Origin: a bacterium
GTDB taxonomy: Bacteria; AUK180
Assembly (NCBI GenBank): GCA_021162505.1
Contig: JAGGYO010000291.1
Location: forward strand, 1-18,942
Direction: 5' to 3'
Length of the DNA stretch: 18,942 nucleotides
Position numbers and translations under genes: made by a program. Position 1 is the stretch's first letter; each line of letters begins with the position of its first letter. This document shows, piece after piece, positions 13,798 to 18,942 of this stretch. The notes below the pieces were generated by a model. The model searched no databases. It saw nothing but the letters and a program-made list of their open reading frames with translations, and was not told where the DNA came from.

Positions 13798-13887
13798 AAT
13801 TGCATGCCTATAACCTCTGACTACTTATAGCAGTCGCGAAGTTAAAGATAACTAAGTTTTAAATATATCAAATATTAAAACGAAAAA

Positions 13888-14127
13888 TTAATCTCTTCTT
13901 GGCCTTGCTTCGTCAATTCTCAAAGCTCTTCCCTGAAAATCTTTGCCGTTCAACTCGTCTTTAGCTTTTTCAGCTTCTTCTGGAGTTGACATTTCAACAA
14001 ATCCGAACCCTTTTCTTGGTATGACAACTACATCTTTGACAGTACCAAATTGTGCGAAAAGTTCACTCAAATCATCTTGAGTTGCATCGTAGTTCAAGTT
14101 TCCAACATAAAGTTTGCTTCCTTGCAT
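13888..14127 (-). CDS. RNA-binding protein with a single RRM domain (bacterial Rbp-type)
   Basis: 79 aa. RNP-2 is LYVGNL and RNP-1 is KGFGFVEM. The ATG (reverse complement of 14125-14127) is preceded by AGGAGG with 5-nt spacing. The ORF track's 106-aa version starts upstream of this SD-supported ATG. Confidence 0.85.
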   Translation of the reverse strand: MQGSKLYVGNLNYDATQDDLSELFAQFGTVKDVVVIPRKGFGFVEMSTPEEAEKAKDELNGKDFQGRALRIDEARPRRD

Positions 14128-14416
14128 TAAATCCTCCTTTAAACCTGTGTTTCTGAGAACAAAAAAAGTAAATTTTTCTAAGTTCCTTAAACACAAGAAA
14201 GCTTTCAATTAAATAACAAAGCATTATAACATAAAAATAGAATTAAATCAAGTAAAAATAAATTGTATGACATATTCATATTTCCTTTTATTAAAAATCC
14301 CCCTGATAGCTTGATCAAATTAAGGGAAATTAAATATAATAATATACAAAATATTTGGGAATATAGTGGAAAAAGGATCACAGTAAAATATTTTTAAAAA
14401 TATTTGCAAAAAACTA

Positions 14417-14444
14417 TTGACTTTTTTTATATTATTGTTAGAAT
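14417..14444 (+). promoter_or_regulatory. putative sigma70 promoter for the nfeD-SPFH operon
   Basis: TTGACT (14417-14422), a 16-nt spacer, then TAGAAT (14439-14444). Confidence 0.45.
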
Positions 14445-14463
14445 GTAAATATAGGAGTTGTTT

Positions 14464-14904
14464 ATGAAACTTGAATATTGGTTGGTGTGGACAATTTTAG
14501 CCGTAGTATTTTTACTGTTTGAAATGTTAACAGCAGGATTTTTTGCATTTTGGTTTGGTATAGGTGCTTTAATAGCTTTAATAACCTATTTCTTACATGT
14601 TCCAATTATGTGGCAATGGGTGACTTTTATTGTATTTTCATCCGTTGGAGCAATATTCTCCAGAAAATTTGCAAATAAAATATCAAAAAAAGTCCCGGAA
14701 TTTCTTGCTAATGAGGATGTATTGAACCATGAAGGTAAAGTCGTTGACGAATTGAAAGAGAAAGAAAATACTGTTATGGGCAAATTCAAAGGAGAACTAT
14801 GGAGATGTGTGCCTGAAGATGATATTGAACTGAAACTTGGTGATAGAATAAAACCGATCAAAATAGATGGAACTCATCTGATCGTAAAAAGAATAGAGAA
14901 CTAA
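14464..14904 (+). CDS. NfeD-family membrane protein (short form, OB-fold C-terminus)
   Basis: 146 aa. An N-terminal double-TM segment is followed by a soluble beta-rich tail. AGGAG at 14453-14457 sits 6 nt before ATG 14464. Its position immediately upstream of an SPFH gene is the conserved NfeD-SPFH pairing. Confidence 0.75.
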   Translation: MKLEYWLVWTILAVVFLLFEMLTAGFFAFWFGIGALIALITYFLHVPIMWQWVTFIVFSSVGAIFSRKFANKISKKVPEFLANEDVLNHEGKVVDELKEKENTVMGKFKGELWRCVPEDDIELKLGDRIKPIKIDGTHLIVKRIEN

Positions 14905-14916
14905 AGGAGGTTTTTT

Positions 14917-15834
14917 ATGAATGTAGTACTCTTGGTAGTTATTGTTGTTTTTGTATTAATCCTATTTGGCAATATGGTCAAAATAGTCAGACCTTATCAA
15001 AAGGGAGTATTAGAGCGCTTGGGAAAATACCAGGTAACATTGAATAGCGGAATAAATCTGGTCATTCCCTTTTTTGATAAACTTCGCTATGTTGATATTC
15101 GCGAAAGGGTTGTAGATGTTCCCCCGCAAGATGTTATTACAAAGGATAATGTTGTTGTGACCGTTGACGCGGTTATTTTTTATCAGGTAATGGATCCTCC
15201 GAAATCCATTTACAATATTAGAAATTTTAATTATGCAATTTCGAAATTGGCACAAACAAATCTTAGAAATCTCATAGGAACCTTGGCATTGGATGAATCT
15301 CTGACTTCAAGGGAAACCATTAATACTGATCTTAGAATGATACTTGATGAAGCCACAGATATATGGGGTGTTAAGGTAAAAAGGGTTGAACTGCAAAGGA
15401 TTGAACCGCCCGCTGATGTTACCGAGGCGATGCATAGGCAAATGAAAGCAGAAAGAGATAGAAGAGCGATAATTTTAGAGGCAGAAGGCCAAAGGCAAGC
15501 AGCTATTGAAAAAGCCACAGGTGAAAGACAGGCAGATATTTTACAAGCAGAAGGTCAAGGCAAGGCCATCCAAATTGTAGCAGATGCAAATAAATACCAG
15601 AAGATCGCGTTGGCAACAGGTGAATCCGAGGCGGTTGAAAGAGTATATAAAGCCATTCACAACGGTAATCCTACAAAGGACCTTATAGCCATAAAATATT
15701 TGGAAACATTAGAAAAACTTGCTGATGGTAAAGCAACAAAAATGATCGTACCGTTTGAATCATCAGGTATTTTGGGAAGTTTGGCACAAATAAAGGAAAT
15801 ATTTGAGAAAGATACTAAAACTGATATTGAATAA
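14917..15834 (+). CDS. SPFH/band-7 (stomatin/prohibitin-like) membrane protein
   Basis: 305 aa. An N-terminal TM is followed by the SPFH core QKGVLERLGKYQVTLNSGINLVIPFFD...VVTVDAVIFYQV and a coiled-coil, Ala/Glu-rich C-terminus. AGGAGG at 14905-14910 sits 6 nt before the ATG. Confidence 0.85.
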   Translation: MNVVLLVVIVVFVLILFGNMVKIVRPYQKGVLERLGKYQVTLNSGINLVIPFFDKLRYVDIRERVVDVPPQDVITKDNVVVTVDAVIFYQVMDPPKSIYNIRNFNYAISKLAQTNLRNLIGTLALDESLTSRETINTDLRMILDEATDIWGVKVKRVELQRIEPPADVTEAMHRQMKAERDRRAIILEAEGQRQAAIEKATGERQADILQAEGQGKAIQIVADANKYQKIALATGESEAVERVYKAIHNGNPTKDLIAIKYLETLEKLADGKATKMIVPFESSGILGSLAQIKEIFEKDTKTDIE

Positions 15835-15900
15835 ATGATTTAGTTCAATTTTTATTGCGAATTAAACATATTAGACGAAATTCAAGATTTTTAATGATAT

Positions 15901-16593
15901 TTAGTTATTAATTGAAAACTCGAAGATGGCATTGCAATGGGCTATTATTGGATCAATTAATGGCAGATCAATATTGGCATTCTTTAATAAAATAGGCAAT
16001 TCAGTACAGCCCAATAATATCTTTTCTGCTTTATTGTAAAGCATCCTTTGTATTATTTTAATAAGTTTTTCTTCATCATTTTTTTTAATTATTCCTTTTA
16101 TTAGTTTTTTAAATATAAGTTCATTTACAAGGTTTATATCAATGGGTGAAGGCTTAATTGTATGAATTTCATATTTTAAGAGGTGTTTTGCTATGAAATC
16201 CTCTTCCATTGTGATCTTTGTTCCCAATATTCCCAGAGTTTTAGTATTATCTCTTAAAAGCACATTCAAAAGAACATCCAAAAAGCTTAGAAAAGGAAGT
16301 TCTATCTCGGACAATATTTTATTATGAAGTTTATGTAATGTAATGGAAGGAATTACAAAAAAATCTGCTCCTGCATCTTTTAATTTCTCGCTGCTGATTT
16401 TTATTATTTTAAATATTTCATCCCATTTATTATCATTTTGTAAGTGGAATATCTCCTCAAAATTCAAGTTATAGATTATGCAGGGGCAGGATGTCTTGTC
16501 ATTAAAATGCTCATTGTATAAAATGTTTAGTTGTTCATAATATTTTATAGTTGAATAATAACTTACCCCACCTAATATCCCAATAGTTCTCAT
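15901..16593 (-). CDS. Asp/Glu/hydantoin racemase family protein (aspartate racemase-like)
   Basis: 230 aa. The N-terminus TIGILGGVSYYSTIKYY matches the (I/L)G(I/L)(L/I)GGM motif region of Asp/Glu racemases. The stop is TAA. Confidence 0.7.
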   Translation of the reverse strand: MRTIGILGGVSYYSTIKYYEQLNILYNEHFNDKTSCPCIIYNLNFEEIFHLQNDNKWDEIFKIIKISSEKLKDAGADFFVIPSITLHKLHNKILSEIELPFLSFLDVLLNVLLRDNTKTLGILGTKITMEEDFIAKHLLKYEIHTIKPSPIDINLVNELIFKKLIKGIIKKNDEEKLIKIIQRMLYNKAEKILLGCTELPILLKNANIDLPLIDPIIAHCNAIFEFSINN

Positions 16594-16677
16594 ACATCAT
16601 TATAACATATTTTATATTTTTAAAAAACTTTATTTTTATTCAATATTTTGATAAAATATAAGAAATATGGAGGTTAT

Positions 16678-18003
16678 ATGAAAAAGGAAGATATTCTAAA
16701 ACTCATTAAAAGTAAAAAGATCAAGTTCATCAGAATGCTTTTCACAGACATTACAGGTGCACCGAAGAATGTGGAGATACCAGTATCTCAGATAAATAAA
16801 GCATTGAATGGGGAAATTGCTTTTGACGGTTCGTCAATAGAGGGTTTTGCCAGAATTGAGGAATCGGATATGCTTCTTTGTCCTGATCTTGATACATTTG
16901 CCATAGTACCTTGGAACAAAAACAGTGATGTTGCCCAATTTATATGTGATGTGAAAAAAATGGATAGAACGCCCTTTGAGGGCTCACCAAGATACTTATT
17001 AAAAAGAATAATGGATAATGTAAAAAAAACCCATAAATATATTATGAAAGCCGGTCCAGAGGTGGAATTTTTTCTTTTTAAAAAAAATGGAAATAATGAG
17101 GAGAATACTACCGTATTACATGATAAAGCGGGTTATTTTGATCTGTTACAAGTTGACAAAGGGGAAAAAGTTCGAGAGGATATTGTTCTTAATCTCGAAC
17201 AATTGGGATTCGAAGTGGAAGCTGCTCATCATGAGGTCGCTCCGGGGCAACACGAGATCGATTTTAAATTTGATAATATTTTAAAGACAGCAGATAATGT
17301 AATTACTTTTAAGATCGCTACAAAGACCATTGCTTTGTTTTACGATCTTCATGCATCATTTTTACCAAAGCCCGTGAAAGGAATAAACGGTTCGGGGATG
17401 CACTGTAACCTTTCTCTTTTTAGCGGTAAAAAGAATATCTTCTATTCACCCAAGAATAAATATGAACTTTCCAAGGAAGCTCTTTATTTTATCGGAGGTA
17501 TATTAAAACATGCCAGAGCCATTTCATTCATTACTAATCCTATAATTAATTCATATAAAAGATTGGTCCCAGGTTATGAAGCACCTGTTTATCTTAGCTG
17601 GGCAACGAGAAATAGATCCACACTAATCAGGATCCCTGCTACAAGGGGACTTGGTACCAGAGTAGAGTTCAGATCTCCTGATCCTTCTGCAAATCCATAT
17701 CTTGCTTTTACCGTATTACTTGCCGCCGGAATGGACGGTATAAAGAACAAGATCGATCCCGGTGATCCAATAAATGAAAATATATACGAACTTACCGAAA
17801 AAGAAAGGAAAAGAAGAAAGGTAAAGACATTGCCGGGGGATTTAAAGGAAGCAATGAGCGAATTCAATAAAGATAAAATATTAAAAGATGCTCTGGGACC
17901 ATTTATGGTTGAAAAATTAAACGAAATAAAGAGAAAAGAGCTTGAAGAATTCTCCATTCATGTCACAGATTGGGAAATAGAAAAGTATTTTGATATTTAT
18001 TAA
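16678..18003 (+). CDS. glnA: glutamine synthetase, type I
   Basis: 441 aa, carrying GS beta-grasp and catalytic-domain signatures: FTDITG, DGSSIEGF, EVAPGQHEI, GSGMHCNLSLF, NSYKRLVPGYEAP, RIPA. GGAGG at 16669-16673 precedes ATG 16678. The ORF track's TTG at 16648 is rejected. Confidence 0.9.
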   Translation: MKKEDILKLIKSKKIKFIRMLFTDITGAPKNVEIPVSQINKALNGEIAFDGSSIEGFARIEESDMLLCPDLDTFAIVPWNKNSDVAQFICDVKKMDRTPFEGSPRYLLKRIMDNVKKTHKYIMKAGPEVEFFLFKKNGNNEENTTVLHDKAGYFDLLQVDKGEKVREDIVLNLEQLGFEVEAAHHEVAPGQHEIDFKFDNILKTADNVITFKIATKTIALFYDLHASFLPKPVKGINGSGMHCNLSLFSGKKNIFYSPKNKYELSKEALYFIGGILKHARAISFITNPIINSYKRLVPGYEAPVYLSWATRNRSTLIRIPATRGLGTRVEFRSPDPSANPYLAFTVLLAAGMDGIKNKIDPGDPINENIYELTEKERKRRKVKTLPGDLKEAMSEFNKDKILKDALGPFMVEKLNEIKRKELEEFSIHVTDWEIEKYFDIY

Positions 18004-18092
18004 TGGTGTCAGGTTGCGACTTTGAGACTTTCAGCTAATAATAAGGAGTGAAATCTGCCGAGACCTAGAAGAATTGAAGTAAAGACCGCTTC

Positions 18093-18407
18093 TTGTCTCT
18101 AACGGGGGATAGAGGTTGTGTAACAGGCGTAAACGAATTATATTATTACCTAAATAGTTGTTTGGGAATAAATGTTACTGTGAGCACACAAAAATTTTGT
18201 AGCACAATAGATAAAGGAGATATCATACAAGTAAATTTTTTAAATAGTAATGAAAATGAATATGGTCATTCAGTTTTTGTTGATAGTGTATTAACCAATG
18301 ATTATTTTGTTAGGTATCATTCAGAAAATAAAAAGGGAAATTTTTCTATACTATTTGATAATCCTGGTTTTCATAATAGATTCATCTATCTTCCTGATTC
18401 ACCATAA
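18093..18407 (+). pseudogene. ATG-less ORF resembling the C-terminal half of an NlpC/P60- or CHAP-type (papain-fold) amidase; possible gene remnant
   Basis: 104 codons with no in-frame ATG and no SD before the TTG at 18093. The motif order GDIIQV ... EYGHSVFV ... YHSEN resembles the His-containing half of papain-fold peptidoglycan amidases. Confidence 0.25.
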
Positions 18408-18471
18408 AATATATTAACTTTTGTTATATTTTCAACAAAAAGGCGAAAAAGGCGAGGAGTGTCCCTAAAAT

Positions 18472-18500
18472 TTGACAAAAAATGAAAAATATATTATAAT
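18472..18500 (+). promoter_or_regulatory. consensus sigma70 promoter for the AbiEi-like gene, with an upstream tandem repeat
   Basis: Exact TTGACA (18472-18477), a 17-nt spacer, then exact TATAAT (18495-18500). A tandem AAAAGGCGA x2 lies at 18438-18455, just upstream of the -35. Confidence 0.55.
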
Positions 18501-18530
18501 CAGGTAGAAATATGAGTAAGTGGACAAAAA

Positions 18531-18942
18531 ATGTCTACTTACCAGTATAGATATATTATGAAAAAAGTATTAGATGAACTTCAATCACAAGGAATTTACA
18601 CCTTTTCAAGGGAGTATATTAAAGATAAACTCAATATTTCAGAAATTGCTTTGAAAAAAGCATTGCAAAGATATGAGAGAAAAGGTCGAATATTGAGAAT
18701 AAGAAGAAAATTTTACATTATTATTCCCCTTGAGTATAAGAGTGCTGGAATATTACCGCCATTTTGGTTCATTAACGATTTAATGAAGTATCTTAATGTT
18801 CAATATTATGTAGGACTTGTAAGTGCTGCTGGTATAAATGGAGCTTCTCATCAGCAACCTCAAAAGTTACAGGTCATAGTTAATAAACAATTAAGTTCTA
18901 TTAAAATAAAGCAATTACAAATTGATTTCATCACAAAAAAAG
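18531..18942 (+). CDS. AbiEi-like (type IV toxin-antitoxin antitoxin / wHTH transcriptional regulator) protein, 3' end outside the window
   Basis: Open frame from ATG 18531 to the window edge; it is absent from the ORF track because it has no stop. The N-terminal wHTH-like segment reads ...LKKALQRYERKGRILRIRRKFYIII. A YYVGLVSAAGINGASHQ segment resembles the conserved AbiEi YxGLxSAxxxxG core. Confidence 0.45.
   Translation, partial: MSTYQYRYIMKKVLDELQSQGIYTFSREYIKDKLNISEIALKKALQRYERKGRILRIRRKFYIIIPLEYKSAGILPPFWFINDLMKYLNVQYYVGLVSAAGINGASHQQPQKLQVIVNKQLSSIKIKQLQIDFITKK

Noticed and set aside
16594-16677. GlnR/TnrA-type operator (TGTNA-N7-TNACA) or sigma54 -24/-12 element upstream of glnA
   Set aside because: ACATCATTATAACAT is a direct rather than inverted arrangement. 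No GG-N10-GC sigma54 signature is present. I could not pin a convincing promoter in this 84-bp divergent AT-rich gap.

Overview
This 18.9 kb window comes from an AT-rich bacterial chromosome (roughly one-third GC by eye) with strong Shine-Dalgarno sites. Most genes lie on the + strand. Calls are listed left to right with 1-based window coordinates.

Housekeeping and metabolic genes:
- 1..336: 3' end of a Rossmann-like (DUF364-type) gene.
- 400..1716: a P-loop protein resembling cyclic 2,3-diphosphoglycerate synthetase.
- 1728..1901: a small 4Fe-4S ferredoxin with its terminator.
- 1994..2155: a tRNA-Pro(TGG) and tRNA-Arg(TCG) pair.
- 8710..11228: a promoter-driven pair of a carbon-nitrogen (nitrilase-superfamily) hydrolase translationally coupled (ATGA) to a stand-alone malonate-decarboxylase-alpha (MdcA)-like protein.
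- 11230..12349: a divergent-PAP2 membrane protein and an ICMT/PEMT-family membrane methyltransferase.
- 12740..13378: a TonB C-terminal-domain protein.
- 13888..14127 (minus strand): a bacterial RRM RNA-binding protein with its terminator.
- 14464..15834: an NfeD plus SPFH/band-7 (stomatin-like) operon.
- 15901..16593 (minus strand): an Asp/Glu racemase-family gene.
- 16678..18003: glutamine synthetase (glnA).

Defense-related content:
- 2728..8570: a complete Type III restriction-modification system, Mod then Res, immediately downstream of the tRNA pair. A class-II Fic (AMPylase-type) gene sits embedded between mod and res.
- Right edge: a truncated papain-fold amidase-like ORF with no ATG (18093..18407), then the 5' part of an AbiEi-like antitoxin gene (18531..18942). 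A consensus sigma70 promoter and a tandem repeat lie just upstream of that gene.

Repeats: three long intergenic gaps (2156-2727, 12350-12739, 13379-13887) are packed with hairpins and short dispersed repeat families that recur between gaps.

No CRISPR array, rRNA or transposase was seen.
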